From NCBI GenBank assembly GCA_964512235.1, contig CAZEGD010000002.1:40768-104767 (forward strand): 64,000 nucleotides of DNA, in the 5' to 3' direction. This stretch comes from an uncultured archaeon (GTDB lineage Archaea > Aenigmatarchaeota > Aenigmatarchaeia > CG10238-14 > SCSR01). A program made the position numbers and the translations under genes. The notes beneath the pieces are model-generated. The model made no database searches and had not been told where the DNA came from. It saw nothing but the letters and a program-made list of their open reading frames with translations. This document shows positions 28,243-38,009 of the stretch, one piece after another. Numbering within the stretch: the first letter of the stretch is position 1; every line of letters begins with the position of its first letter.

Positions 28243-28667
28243 GAGAAAGAAGGAGAAGAAGGGAAGAAAGACACGTTGATCTCAAAGGTAAATGGGGTAT
28301 TGCAAACATTTTCAGTACTTCAAACAACACAATTATACACATTACGGACATAACAGGAAGTGAAACTTTTGCAAAGTGTTCTGGAGGTATGATGACAGAG
28401 AAGGATAGAGAGCAAGGGAACCCATTCCCTGCCATGCAGGCTGCAAGGAAAGCAGCTGAGGACGCAGTCGCAAGGGGTATAATGGGCGTGCACATAAAAG
28501 TCCGTGCCCGCGGCGGTCATCATTCAAAATCACCAGGCAAAGGTGCACAGCCTGCCATAAGAGCGCTTGCACGAGCGGGATTGAGAATAGGCATTATTGA
28601 AGACGTGACACCAATCCCACACGACACAACCAGACGTAAAGGTGGTCGCAGAGGGAGAAGAGTCTAA
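28239..28667 (+). CDS. rps11: 30S ribosomal protein S11
   Basis: [18 protein letters not shown]...[24 protein letters not shown]. Confidence 0.95.
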   Translation: MRERRRRREERHVDLKGKWGIANIFSTSNNTIIHITDITGSETFAKCSGGMMTEKDREQGNPFPAMQAARKAAEDAVARGIMGVHIKVRARGGHHSKSPGKGAQPAIRALARAGLRIGIIEDVTPIPHDTTRRKGGRRGRRV

Positions 28668-28722
28668 GGTTAACAGATTTAAATTGTCTTCAACAAAATT
28701 AGTTAAATATGAGGAATGAAAA

Positions 28723-29526
28723 ATGAAAATAAACGTGCTGAGTGTAAATAGTTCTGAGATTAAGTTTATCGTCGAGGGGATAAAAGCGGATTTTGCAGGC
28801 GAACTCAGAAGGATAATGCTCTCCGAGCTGCCAACGATGGCAATAGAGTGGGTCGATTTTACAAAGAATGATTCTGCATTACCTGACGAAGTCGTTGCAA
28901 ACCGCCTAGGCCAGATACCATTCACTTTCGACAAGCGCGCATACAACCTGCCAAGCGAATGCAAATGTAAAGGCAAGGGCTGTAGCCGATGCCAGATTAA
29001 GATGAGTTTGAAGAAGAAAGGACCTGATATGGTATACGCGTCGGATATAAAATCAAACGCTAAAGATGTAAAACCTGTATTTGAAAGGGTGCCAATTGTA
29101 GAGATTTTCGATGGCCAAGAGTTGGAGTTCAATGCAATCGCCCAGTTGGGTAAAGGTAAAGAGCATGTAAAATGGCAGCCTGCAGTCGTAGGTTATAAAA
29201 ACGTGCCAAGTATTTCAGTAAGCGTCAAAGACAAGAAGAATGCTGAAAAACTCGCTTCAATATGTCCTAGACATGTATTCAAAGTCAGCGGTACAAGAGT
29301 TATAATCACTAATCCGATTGATTGCAATCTATGCATGCGTTGTGTTGAAAGTGTGGAAAATGGAGATGTGGATGGAGAAGTAAAGGTGAAGCCTGTGGAA
29401 GACAGTTTTGTTTTCACAGTCGAGACAGCAAGCGGGTTGAAACCTGATGAGATTGTCAGCCAAGCAGTCGAGTTATTAGAGGCGAAGCTGAAGGATTTCG
29501 CCAAATCTGTCAGAAAAATAAAATAA
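28723..29526 (+). CDS. rpoD: DNA-directed RNA polymerase subunit D (Rpb3 homolog)
   Basis: S13-S4-S11-rpoD synteny; cysteine clusters CKCKGKGCSRC and CNLCMRC. Confidence 0.9.
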   Translation: MKINVLSVNSSEIKFIVEGIKADFAGELRRIMLSELPTMAIEWVDFTKNDSALPDEVVANRLGQIPFTFDKRAYNLPSECKCKGKGCSRCQIKMSLKKKGPDMVYASDIKSNAKDVKPVFERVPIVEIFDGQELEFNAIAQLGKGKEHVKWQPAVVGYKNVPSISVSVKDKKNAEKLASICPRHVFKVSGTRVIITNPIDCNLCMRCVESVENGDVDGEVKVKPVEDSFVFTVETASGLKPDEIVSQAVELLEAKLKDFAKSVRKIK

Positions 29527-29582
29527 TCATTAATCCTTCTTGAACAATAAATTTATATACAGAGTCCAGTATGTAATTTGAC

Positions 29583-29709
29583 GCGGGGGTCGCCTAGTCT
29601 GGTCAATGGCGCGAGGCTTAAGTTTGACTACTTAAGATCTGATAAAATATGATGCAATAAGAAACCTCGTGGCTTAGTGCCTTCGTGGGTTCAAATCCCA
29701 CTCCCCGCA
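29583..29709 (+). tRNA. tRNA-Leu (anticodon UAA) with a ~41-nt intron after position 37 (approx. 29623..29663)
   Basis: Acceptor stem GCGGGGG/TCCCCGC; long variable arm GGCttagtGCC; anticodon loop CTTAAG|intron|A; intron contains ACTTAAG complementary to the loop (bulge-helix-bulge context). Confidence 0.85.
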
Positions 29710-29778
29710 TCATTTTCTAGAGATGTGTTTTCACAAGATTCCAAAAAGCTTAAATACGTTTCATTCAATAGGTTGGGT

Positions 29779-30441
29779 ATGATTACTGAAAAAATAGAAG
29801 CGTTTGAACATAGATTAAATCTGTGGATTGGAAAAACAGTACCTTTCCAGGTACGTATCTCTTCAGAGAGACATGGTTTTAAAGAAGTAGTCTATGATTT
29901 ACATAAGTACTGCAAAAGGGAGGGAGTTGCTAAACCTCCATCTAATGATGTTTATGAAGTCTCTGCCGTCGTTACAATCGATGGTAAAAACAAAGAAGCA
30001 TTGTATATAGGTCCCGGGTCTTTAAAGCGTTTGAGAGAAGTCTACCAGAAGAGATACAGACTTGGAGAAGAATTGACTGAAGGTGTGATTTCTCATGAAG
30101 ATTCGCATGCAGAAACTCCTAAACTAGAGCCAAATTTGAAAGAGAGGGTAATAAGACGGTTTAAACCAGATTATGCTCAAGATATTGTGACTATGAGAAA
30201 GAATGCTGAGGAGGGATTGGCAAATCTGAGGATGTTAAATGATTATGACGGTGACCCAGTAGATATTTTGATTATGTACACATTGTCGCAGTTCGTTTTC
30301 TGGAAAGACGGCAGGAAATATAGTAACCCAGAACTGATTGAAGATGTTGTAGCCATGTCTTTTCCGTGGCTTAGAGATGACCTTCAGCGCGAAGTGCGCT
30401 CAAAGACGTATGACTACCTTAGAGAACTGAAATATGCGTGA
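29779..30441 (+). CDS. Hypothetical protein (220 aa); the ORF-track start at 29677 overlaps the tRNA, so the internal Met is used
   Basis: ORF only; no recognised domain. Confidence 0.5.
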   Translation: MITEKIEAFEHRLNLWIGKTVPFQVRISSERHGFKEVVYDLHKYCKREGVAKPPSNDVYEVSAVVTIDGKNKEALYIGPGSLKRLREVYQKRYRLGEELTEGVISHEDSHAETPKLEPNLKERVIRRFKPDYAQDIVTMRKNAEEGLANLRMLNDYDGDPVDILIMYTLSQFVFWKDGRKYSNPELIEDVVAMSFPWLRDDLQREVRSKTYDYLRELKYA

Positions 30442-30476
30442 CTGCATGAATTTATTAAACTAAATCTTACTCTATA

Positions 30477-30668
30477 TTGGTGGTTAAAATCGCAGTCGGT
30501 GGATTGTGCCAAGCCTGTGGCCGATACTCGCCAGCACTATACACATGCAAAGCATGCGGAGCTCGTGTATGTGTAGCTTGCGTGGATACAACTACTGGTT
30601 TCTGCAGGCTCTGTGGCGGTATAAGAAGGGTAAAGAGAAAGAAGAGCATCAAAGACATACGACGTTAG
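30477..30668 (+). CDS. Zinc-ribbon protein with four CxxC pairs
   Basis: CQAC..CKAC..CVAC..CRLC. Confidence 0.55.
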   Translation: MVVKIAVGGLCQACGRYSPALYTCKACGARVCVACVDTTTGFCRLCGGIRRVKRKKSIKDIRR

Positions 30669-30727
30669 AAAAGACAAATGTTTTTAAGTTTTACTTCTGA
30701 ATTAATTTAGTAAATCGAGGTAGTGAA

Positions 30728-31435
30728 ATGAAAGATGGAGACTTTGTAACGATAGACTACGTGGCTAGAGTCAAGGGTACTGGAGAGGTATTTGACTTGA
30801 CAAGAGAGGACACTGCGAAGAAGGAGAACGTATACAATGAGAAAGTGCGGTATGGACCAGTCACATTTATAGTCGGTGCTGACTTTGTGATAAGGGGATT
30901 GGACAAAGTATTGCATGAAATGAAAGTCGGCGAGAAGAAATCTGTTGAAATATTGCCGGAGAAAGGGTTTGGCGAACATAAGGAGGAATTGGTAAAATTG
31001 GTACCAGAGGCGCAGCTCAAACAACAGAAGATAGACACTACGCCCGGAACATACATAACTGTAAACAACATCCGCGGGAAGATACTTAGCGCTGACGGTG
31101 GCAGGGTAAAGATCGACTTTAATCATCCTCTGGCCGGAAAGATATTGCAGTATGAAATAGAAGTCAAAGGTGTGGTCACGGACAAGACTGAGAAGATCAA
31201 GTCCATTGTAAAGTACTTCACAGGAAAGGAAATGGAAGTAAGAGTTGGGAAGGAAGTTGAAATAGAGGCTGTAGTTGACATGCAGAGGAGGCTCAAGGAG
31301 ATAATTGCAGGCGTTATCTCAAAATGGGTCGGGATAGATACTGTGAAATTTGTTGATATTTTTAAGAATCTGGAGGGAAAAGAACTTAAAGCGGAGGAAA
31401 AAGAGTCGTCAGAGATTAAAAGTTCAAAAAGTTAA
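30728..31435 (+). CDS. Long-type archaeal FKBP peptidyl-prolyl cis-trans isomerase (FKBP + IF domain + C-terminal domain)
   Basis: VTIDYVARVKGTGEVFD...FIVGADFVIRGLDKVLHEMKVGEKK...FNHPLAGKILQYEIEV. Confidence 0.85.
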   Translation: MKDGDFVTIDYVARVKGTGEVFDLTREDTAKKENVYNEKVRYGPVTFIVGADFVIRGLDKVLHEMKVGEKKSVEILPEKGFGEHKEELVKLVPEAQLKQQKIDTTPGTYITVNNIRGKILSADGGRVKIDFNHPLAGKILQYEIEVKGVVTDKTEKIKSIVKYFTGKEMEVRVGKEVEIEAVVDMQRRLKEIIAGVISKWVGIDTVKFVDIFKNLEGKELKAEEKESSEIKSSKS

Positions 31436-31473
31436 AATAAATATACAGTTTTGAATTAAATTATAGTGATTGT

Positions 31474-32568
31474 ATGGGTTTGAAGCAACTTGAAAGGAAG
31501 CCGTTAGGAAGGATTAAGAAAAAAGGGGAAGACGAAGCACTCGAAGAGATACTTGCAAGGAAAGAAACTCGCATAAAAGTCGTGGGTGCCGGCGGTGCAG
31601 GTAACAACACTGTGACTAGGCTCATGCAAGTCGGTATAGTCGGCGCAGAGACAATTGCGGTAAATACGGACGCGCAGGACCTTCTGTACACGGATGCAGA
31701 CGTAAAGGTCTTAATAGGAAAGGAACTCACCGGTGGGCTTGGTGCAGGTGCAAATCCTGATATTGGTATGGAAGCCGCTAAAGAAAGTAAAGATGACTTG
31801 AAGAAAGCTTTGAAAGGAGCGGACATGGTTTTCCTAACATGCGGTCTGGGTGGTGGAACTGGTACGGGAAGCCTGCCTGTGATAGGTGATATAGCAAAAA
31901 GGTTGGGCCTCCTGACTGTCGCCGTTGTTACATTGCCATTCACAATGGAGGGCAGGCAACGTATGGACAATGCTAAGATGGGGCTTGAAAACTTGGAGAA
32001 TGTTGTCGACACGTTGATAGTTATACCGAATGACAAACTACTGGAGATTGTGCCGGATGTGAGCGTGCAAACGGCCTTCAAAATCGCAGATGAAATCCTT
32101 GTAAATTCTGTGAAAGGCGTTGCTGAACTTGTGACAAAGCCCGGCCTAGTCAATCTTGATTTTGCCGATGTTCGTGCAGTTATGAAGTCTGGTGGACTTG
32201 CAATGATTGGCATAGGAGAGAGCCAGACTGAGAATAGGGCGTTTGAAGCTGTCGAGCGTGCACTGAACAATCCATTGGTCAACATAGATATAAACGGTGC
32301 CATGGGTGCGCTGATAAACGTAATTGGAGGTCCGGATGTAACAATAAGGGAAGCGCAGCAGATTGTGGAAGCTGTCTCGACGAAGCTGTCGCCTGATGCG
32401 AAAATAATATGGGGTGCGCAGGTGGATAAGAACCTTGGCGATACTGTGAAAGCGATGCTGATAGTAACTGGTGTGAAGTCATCGCAGATATTTGGTCCTG
32501 GCAAACCGTGGACTAAGTCAAAGAAAATGCATATAGAAAAGGTTCTTGGTGTTGAATTCATGGATTAA
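31474..32568 (+). CDS. ftsZ: Cell division GTPase FtsZ
   Basis: GGGTGTG tubulin signature; VGAGGAGNN; NTDAQ. Confidence 0.95.
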   Translation: MGLKQLERKPLGRIKKKGEDEALEEILARKETRIKVVGAGGAGNNTVTRLMQVGIVGAETIAVNTDAQDLLYTDADVKVLIGKELTGGLGAGANPDIGMEAAKESKDDLKKALKGADMVFLTCGLGGGTGTGSLPVIGDIAKRLGLLTVAVVTLPFTMEGRQRMDNAKMGLENLENVVDTLIVIPNDKLLEIVPDVSVQTAFKIADEILVNSVKGVAELVTKPGLVNLDFADVRAVMKSGGLAMIGIGESQTENRAFEAVERALNNPLVNIDINGAMGALINVIGGPDVTIREAQQIVEAVSTKLSPDAKIIWGAQVDKNLGDTVKAMLIVTGVKSSQIFGPGKPWTKSKKMHIEKVLGVEFMD

Positions 32569-32608
32569 ATTTTGGATAATTGTTGGCGGTAACTGTCTGG
32601 TGAAAATA

Positions 32609-32776
32609 TGAAAATTGTTGAAACTATTAGGAACTACGTAAGGGTATTGAAGATTACAAAGAAGTCTAGTTGGGGAGATTTTTCAGATACAGCTAGGATT
32701 TGCTTAATCGGTATGAGTGTTGTTGGCATTATTGGATTTTTATTGTACATATTGTTTATCTTAGTGCCTTTGTGAT
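32609..32776 (+). CDS. secE: Protein translocase subunit SecE (Sec61 gamma)
   Basis: 55 aa, single C-terminal TM; conserved position between ftsZ and spt5; below the ORF-track cutoff. Confidence 0.75.
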
Positions 32777-32780
32777 GTAA

Positions 32781-33218
32781 ATGATATACACGATAAAGAC
32801 TGTTGTAGGTAGGGAGAATATAGTAGCGAATTTTATAGCGACCAAGGCAAAGACAGAGCAATTGAATATAAAATCTCTCGTTCATCCAGAAGAAATCCGC
32901 GGCTACCTATTCATTGAAGGCGAACCTGAAGACATACAAAAGGTTGTAAGGATGGTTCCGCACGTGCGCGGTCTGATAAAGCGTGCTGTGGAGATTAAGG
33001 ACATACAACGATTTTTACAGCCGAGAAAAGTTGAAGTGGATCTGGAGAAGGCTGACTTGGTTGAAGTGATTGGTGGTCCTTTCAAAGGTGAGAAAGGCAA
33101 AGTGACTAGATATGATAAAGTAAAGCGTGAAGTGACCATAGAGCTTGTGGATGTAGCCGTGCCTATTCCTGTTACAGTAAGTGTAGAGTTTGTAAAACTA
33201 TTGAAACGAGCCAAGTAG
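32781..33218 (+). CDS. spt5: Transcription elongation factor Spt5 (NusG homolog)
   Basis: NGN domain plus KOW (GGPFKGEKGKV); secE-spt5-L11-L1-L10-L12 synteny. Confidence 0.9.
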   Translation: MIYTIKTVVGRENIVANFIATKAKTEQLNIKSLVHPEEIRGYLFIEGEPEDIQKVVRMVPHVRGLIKRAVEIKDIQRFLQPRKVEVDLEKADLVEVIGGPFKGEKGKVTRYDKVKREVTIELVDVAVPIPVTVSVEFVKLLKRAK

Positions 33219-33261
33219 ATGTGATTATCTTTTTAAGTCTGAAATATTAAGTGAGATAGAA

Positions 33262-33993
33262 GTGAAAGGTATGGGAGAAAAGGAAACGATTGAACTGTTG
33301 GTGGAGGGTGGAAAGGCCGCACCAGGTCCAGCTACAGCACCCAAACTTGGTGCATACAAGCTGAACATAGGCGAAGTCTTCCAGAAAGTGAACCAAGCCA
33401 CTGAATCCTACAAGGGTATACAAGTCCCCGTAAAATTGATTATCGACAAGGAAACGAAGGAAGTCACAGTAGAAGTAGGTACACCTCCTGTAAGTAGCCT
33501 AATAAAAAAAGAACTTGGAATAGAGAAAGCAAAGACTGCAGCGGCTGCAGCAGCAGAGAAAGCTGCGGTAGAAGCAGAGATAGCAAGAACAACAGCTGCG
33601 GCAAAACCTGAAGGTGGAGAGAAAGTAGAAGAAGCTAAAGCTGAAGAGAAACCAAAAGAAGAGGTTAAACCAGAAGAGAAGGTTGAGAAAGAGACTGAAG
33701 AGAAGGAGGGAGAGGAAGGTAAGAAAGACGAGACTGTGGCTGAAGCAAAAGGAGAGGAAGAAGAAGTTAAGAGTATTCATAGGGCAGAAGTCATAGGTAA
33801 TTTGAAGATGGAACAGGTTGTAAAAATTGCAAAGATGAAGATGGGTGACTTGCTTGCAAAAGATTTGAAAATTGCTGTTAAGATGGTTATAGGTACTGCC
33901 GTGAGTATGATGGGTATTCAAGTCGAAGGTAAATGGCCTAAAGACGTGATAAAAGACGTCAATAAAGGAAAATGGGATAGTGTGATTAAATAA
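33262..33993 (+). CDS. rpl11: 50S ribosomal protein L11 with an ~80-aa Ala/Glu/Lys-rich insertion in the inter-domain linker
   Basis: N-terminal domain (GGKAAPGPATAPKLG...VPVKLIIDKETKE) and C-terminal domain (AEVIGNLKMEQVVKIAKMK...) are intact; 243 aa versus the usual ~160. Confidence 0.9.
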   Translation: MKGMGEKETIELLVEGGKAAPGPATAPKLGAYKLNIGEVFQKVNQATESYKGIQVPVKLIIDKETKEVTVEVGTPPVSSLIKKELGIEKAKTAAAAAAEKAAVEAEIARTTAAAKPEGGEKVEEAKAEEKPKEEVKPEEKVEKETEEKEGEEGKKDETVAEAKGEEEEVKSIHRAEVIGNLKMEQVVKIAKMKMGDLLAKDLKIAVKMVIGTAVSMMGIQVEGKWPKDVIKDVNKGKWDSVIK

Positions 33994-34051
33994 ACATTTT
34001 TAAACCTTAGCATTTAAATAACTCTTAACTGCTGCGGCAGGAGGTCTTAAT

Positions 34052-34672
34052 ATGGCCGACGAAAAAATTGTAGAAGCAATAAAAAAGCTGCGTGAGAGCA
34101 GCAAGAAGCGTAAATTCTCACAGAGTTTTGACCTTATCGTGAATCTGAAGAATATCGACACTAAGAAGCCCGAAGGGAAAATTAATGAGACTGTAGCACT
34201 TCCTAACGGTCGTGGCAAGCCTGCAAAAGTTGCAATCTTTAGTGACACTATAAAGAGTGATGAGTATAGAACAATTAAAGCTGCAGAGATAGAAAAACTT
34301 GGAAAGAATAAGCGTGATGTGAAGAAACTTGCGAATTCTGTAGATTTCTTCCTTGCTGAGCCTAAGCTGATGCCAATTGTTGGTAAGAACTTGGGTGTAG
34401 TGCTCGCACCCAGAGGGAATATGCCTATTGTAATTGCTGGAAACGCTGATGATGTAATCAAAAAGTTCAAGAATAGCACACGCGTGAAAGTCAAAGATTC
34501 GCCAGTGATACAATGTATAGTCGGGGCGGAAGTGATGTCTGATGAAAAAGTTGCAGAAAATATAGAAAGTGTGATGAAATTTTTAGAGAAGAAGTTGCCG
34601 AAGGGAAGGAACAACATAAAGAATGTCGCTGTCAAGCTGACTATGAGCAAGCCTGTGAAAATCGAGGTGTAA
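34052..34672 (+). CDS. rpl1: 50S ribosomal protein L1
   Basis: 206 aa, L1 fold signature; synteny. Confidence 0.93.
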   Translation: MADEKIVEAIKKLRESSKKRKFSQSFDLIVNLKNIDTKKPEGKINETVALPNGRGKPAKVAIFSDTIKSDEYRTIKAAEIEKLGKNKRDVKKLANSVDFFLAEPKLMPIVGKNLGVVLAPRGNMPIVIAGNADDVIKKFKNSTRVKVKDSPVIQCIVGAEVMSDEKVAENIESVMKFLEKKLPKGRNNIKNVAVKLTMSKPVKIEV

Positions 34673-34675
34673 AAC

Positions 34676-35527
34676 ATGGTAAGAGATGGAAAAATCAAAG
34701 CCGTGGAAATGATGCGCAAAAAGCTTGATGAGGCCGTAGTTATAGGACTCTTAGATATGCATAAGATGCCAAGCAGTCAGCTGCAGAGTATAAGGAAGGA
34801 GCTTAGGGATAAAGCTGAGATTAAGATGGTGAAGAAATCTATTTTGATGTTTGCCATGGAAAAGTCCAAAAAGGAAGGGTTGAAGAAGATTGAAGAACTT
34901 CTGCCGACACAGCCGACTATAGTCTTCACAAATATGGAGCCATTCAAGTTTTATGCATTAGTCAGCAAGCTGAGACTGCCGGCATATGCAAAGGCAGGTG
35001 ATGTAGTCGAGCATGACGTAAAAGTAAGCGCAGGTCCTACTTCACTCATGCCTGGCCCGGTCATCAGTGAATTGCAGAAAGTTGGCATACCTGCGACTAT
35101 ACAGGACGGTAAGATAGCCATAAGAAAGGATAAAACTGTGCTCAAAACTGGAGAGGAAGTGACTGCTGGTCTTTCAAGTATCTTCCGTAAACTAAAGATA
35201 CAACCTGTGACAGTTGGATTGAAAGTAGTCGCCATGCTCAAGGACAATGAAATTTATAAAAAGGATGCTCTAGAGGTTGTGAACGAATTGTCAAGGAAGT
35301 TACCACAGGCTTCACAGAATGCTTTAAATCTCTCAGTCTTTATTTGTTATCCAACTAAGCAAAATATCAAAGTTTTGATTGCCAAAGCTGCGAACGAAGC
35401 AAATGCAATAAATGCTTTGGCACCGAAGGAAGAGAAGGAGGAACCTGCTGCAGAAAAGCCTGCAGAGGAAACTAAGGATGAAGAGAAAGAAGAGGTTAAA
35501 GAAGAAACAAAGGAGGGAGAAGAATAA
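34676..35527 (+). CDS. rpl10: 50S ribosomal protein L10 (acidic P0)
   Basis: 283 aa with a C-terminal acidic EEKEE tail; synteny. Confidence 0.93.
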   Translation: MVRDGKIKAVEMMRKKLDEAVVIGLLDMHKMPSSQLQSIRKELRDKAEIKMVKKSILMFAMEKSKKEGLKKIEELLPTQPTIVFTNMEPFKFYALVSKLRLPAYAKAGDVVEHDVKVSAGPTSLMPGPVISELQKVGIPATIQDGKIAIRKDKTVLKTGEEVTAGLSSIFRKLKIQPVTVGLKVVAMLKDNEIYKKDALEVVNELSRKLPQASQNALNLSVFICYPTKQNIKVLIAKAANEANAINALAPKEEKEEPAAEKPAEETKDEEKEEVKEETKEGEE

Positions 35528-35811
35528 TGGAATACGTATATTCGGCTCTCCTACTTCATTCAGCAAAGCAACCTGTAAATGAAGATAATGTGAAGAAGGT
35601 ATTGCAAAGCATCGGAGTTACGCCAGACGAAGGCAAAGTGAAGGCATTGATTGCAAGCTTGGAAGGCGTCAACATAGACGAAGCAATACAACAGGCTGCT
35701 GTTGCCGTTGCTGCACCTGCGGCAAAGGAAGAAGAAGCTGAAGAGAAGGAGGAAGAGGAAGGTAAGAAAGCTGAAACTGCAGCTGAAGGATTGAGTGCAC
35801 TGTTTGGCTGA
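35527..35811 (+). CDS. rpl12: 50S ribosomal protein L12 (P1 stalk protein)
   Basis: [14 protein letters not shown]... acidic tail ...GLSALFG. Confidence 0.95.
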   Translation: MEYVYSALLLHSAKQPVNEDNVKKVLQSIGVTPDEGKVKALIASLEGVNIDEAIQQAAVAVAAPAAKEEEAEEKEEEEGKKAETAAEGLSALFG

Positions 35812-35867
35812 GCACGCACGTTTATTTATTTTGCGGCTCAGAACTATGAATTAGAATTGATGGTAAA

Positions 35868-36509
35868 ATGAGAGATTTGATCGAACTTGCAAAGAAGATA
35901 AAGAATAAGGAATTGAGGGAAAAGGTAATCGATACTCTAAAGAATCCTAAGCTGTCAAGCAAGGATTTCAAAAAGTACCCAAGTGTGAAGATGGTGGATG
36001 CTCGTACGCCATTTACTGTGGGTGGTGGAATTTCGGTGGAGCGTGATGTTCTGAACCATACCATAGCTGTGGTGGATGCCTGTGAAAGAGTTGCCGATGT
36101 TTTTGAAAAGAGGTATGGCATGACTTTAAACAGGGACTATTTGCTCGCTGGTTCGATATTGCATGATATTATGAAGGTTTTTGAATGGAAGGTTGGAGCT
36201 CAAGGTGCTGAGCATAGCGGCATATTGCTTGATCATAGTATGCTGGCTGTGGCCGAGCTCTATCATCGGAATTTCCCAGAGCAGGTCATACATATAATTG
36301 CAAGCCATTTTGGAGAGAGTGGACCGACTCCACCAAGAAGCTTTGAGGCTTTGATTCTACACCATGTAGACACGCTGCTGTCGCTAGCGGAGTACCACAT
36401 GTATGCAGCCGCACAGCCTGCACAAATGCCGATTGTCCTTTTAGACGAGGAAATGATAAAAAAGATAAGTGGTGAATTACCTGAATCAGAGAAAGGAAAG
36501 TCTAAATGA
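35868..36509 (+). CDS. HD-superfamily phosphohydrolase
   Basis: H...HD...H...D pattern (SILHDIMK, HSGILLDHS). Confidence 0.65.
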   Translation: MRDLIELAKKIKNKELREKVIDTLKNPKLSSKDFKKYPSVKMVDARTPFTVGGGISVERDVLNHTIAVVDACERVADVFEKRYGMTLNRDYLLAGSILHDIMKVFEWKVGAQGAEHSGILLDHSMLAVAELYHRNFPEQVIHIIASHFGESGPTPPRSFEALILHHVDTLLSLAEYHMYAAAQPAQMPIVLLDEEMIKKISGELPESEKGKSK

Positions 36510-37518
36510 TCTTTTTGAAAAGGGGCATGAGTTTCTAAAAGATATAAAACCGGATGAAAAAGTTGCGTTGGTTCATCACACAGACCTTGACGGACTGTCC
36601 TCTGCAACTCTTATCAAGATTGGGTTGGAAAGACTCGGTGTAAAACTTTTTAGAATCGTCTCTGCAACCTACAGAAACCTAGAGGAAGTCGTCTGCAATT
36701 TGGAATGTGATAAAATTATTATAGTTGATATAGGAATGAAGGTAGAGTTCTGCGAATCTTTTACAAAACCGACATTATATATAGACCATCATCAACCTAG
36801 GGATTGTGTACAGAATGAAAAAATTCTATTCATCAATCCGGGGCTAGTGAATTTGGAGCTCTACCAGCCTGCATCTTACATAGTGTACAAATTCTTGTCA
36901 GGAATAGTTGATTTGAAAGATAAAGAATGGATATCTGTCTTGGGGATTGTGGGTGATTATGGATTTGAAGACTGTATGGATATTCTTGGGAAATGGACGG
37001 ATGCGAAGACGAGAGATGAACTGCTGGATGAGACAGACCTTGGAAAGACTTCAATCGCTATTAGCAACAGTATTTTCATCCTAGGCCTTGAAAGGATCAT
37101 GGAAATACTGCTGGATGAAAAAGATATGGAAAGTGTGGCCGCTAATATGGAGATTAAAAAAGCAAGTAATGAATATCAGAAAATGTACGATAAGGAAATG
37201 GAAAATTTTTGGAATAATCGTGAAGAAGTGGGTAAAATCCTGTTTTCTATTTTAAACCCTCCTTACGAGGGGGTGGGATCTGGAATTTCCAGTCGTGTCT
37301 CCAGAAAGAATCCGGAAAAGATAGTATTTTTATTCGAAGATATTGGAGAGAGGTACAAGATAAACACCAGGTATCAAGGTAAAGATTTGCATCTTGGTAA
37401 GTTTATGGAGAAAATATGTGGTGGTGGTGGCCACAGATGTGCTGCTGGCGGTTCCATAGACAAAGATGATTTGGATAGTTTCAAGGAAAGAGTGAAGAAA
37501 GAACTGAAAGTAAGCTAA
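36469..37518 (+). CDS. DHH/DHHA1-family phosphoesterase (NrnA-like nanoRNase/pAp phosphatase); 41-nt overlap with the upstream gene, so the true start may be downstream
   Basis: DHH motif IDHHQP; DHHA1 GGGH motif CGGGGHRCAAGGS. Confidence 0.75.
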   Translation: MVNYLNQRKESLNDLFEKGHEFLKDIKPDEKVALVHHTDLDGLSSATLIKIGLERLGVKLFRIVSATYRNLEEVVCNLECDKIIIVDIGMKVEFCESFTKPTLYIDHHQPRDCVQNEKILFINPGLVNLELYQPASYIVYKFLSGIVDLKDKEWISVLGIVGDYGFEDCMDILGKWTDAKTRDELLDETDLGKTSIAISNSIFILGLERIMEILLDEKDMESVAANMEIKKASNEYQKMYDKEMENFWNNREEVGKILFSILNPPYEGVGSGISSRVSRKNPEKIVFLFEDIGERYKINTRYQGKDLHLGKFMEKICGGGGHRCAAGGSIDKDDLDSFKERVKKELKVS

Positions 37519-37613
37519 TTTCTAACCGGAAGTCGTCGGAAGTGAACCCCCTAGAAAATGGGGTATATCCATACTACAAATTTCTATTAGGAAGTTTGAA
37601 GGTGAGTGGAAAC

Positions 37614-37808
37614 ATGAGATGCGTCCGTTGCAAGTCTTTGAATGTGCTGAAGTTTGTAGACGGTTTTGGAGAGCACAGAGTATTCTGCCGAAGGTGCGGC
37701 AGGAGTTTTCTACAGAACAATTTTATTCGCATGGGTAGCCAGAAGAACCTTATTGAGTTCGACAATAAGCTACACTACAATCCCCAAGCAGTTAGAGGTA
37801 GGTGGTAA
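37614..37808 (+). CDS. Small zinc-ribbon protein (64 aa)
   Basis: CVRCKS...CRRCG; RBS-like GGTGAGTGG 8 nt upstream; the ORF-track start at 37542 is likely too early. Confidence 0.45.
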   Translation: MRCVRCKSLNVLKFVDGFGEHRVFCRRCGRSFLQNNFIRMGSQKNLIEFDNKLHYNPQAVRGRW

Positions 37809-37960
37809 ATATCAGAGAATTGGCAAATATAGATGTGAAGCTAATAGAAGACAGAAATGTGCTGAAGTGCAGAGTGAACCTGAGAAAGAATGGTAGAATG
37901 TTTGGATTCGTGAAACCGGTAATGGATTTTTAGGATTTTTATTTTGCTTTCGTTTCCACC

Positions 37961-37997
37961 GGGCAGAGCATAGGATTATTTCTTATAAGCTCTGCCC
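37961..37997. terminator. Stem-loop between convergent genes (GGGCAGAGC - 19-nt loop - GCTCTGCCC)
   Basis: Perfect 9-bp inverted repeat flanked by T-rich sequence. Confidence 0.5.
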
Positions 37998-38009
37998 TCC
38001 CGCCTCTTT

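Noticed and set aside
28530-29132. 200-aa minus-strand ORF
   Set aside because: Antisense to rps11/rpoD; spurious.
29677-29778. N-terminal 34 codons of ORF 29677..30441
   Set aside because: They overlap the 3' exon of tRNA-Leu. An internal Met at 29779 is taken as the start.
31461-32561. 366-aa minus-strand ORF
   Set aside because: Entirely antisense to ftsZ with low-complexity Ser/Pro/Thr composition. A shadow ORF.
33530-33770. GAA/GCT-rich tandem DNA repeat as a satellite or assembly artefact
   Set aside because: It is in frame within rpl11 and encodes the A/E/K insertion. Kept as a protein-level finding instead.
36469-36509. 41-nt overlap between the HD hydrolase and DHH phosphoesterase genes, possibly a frameshifted fusion
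   Set aside because: Both proteins are complete families on their own. The overlap is more likely an over-extended start call for the DHH gene.
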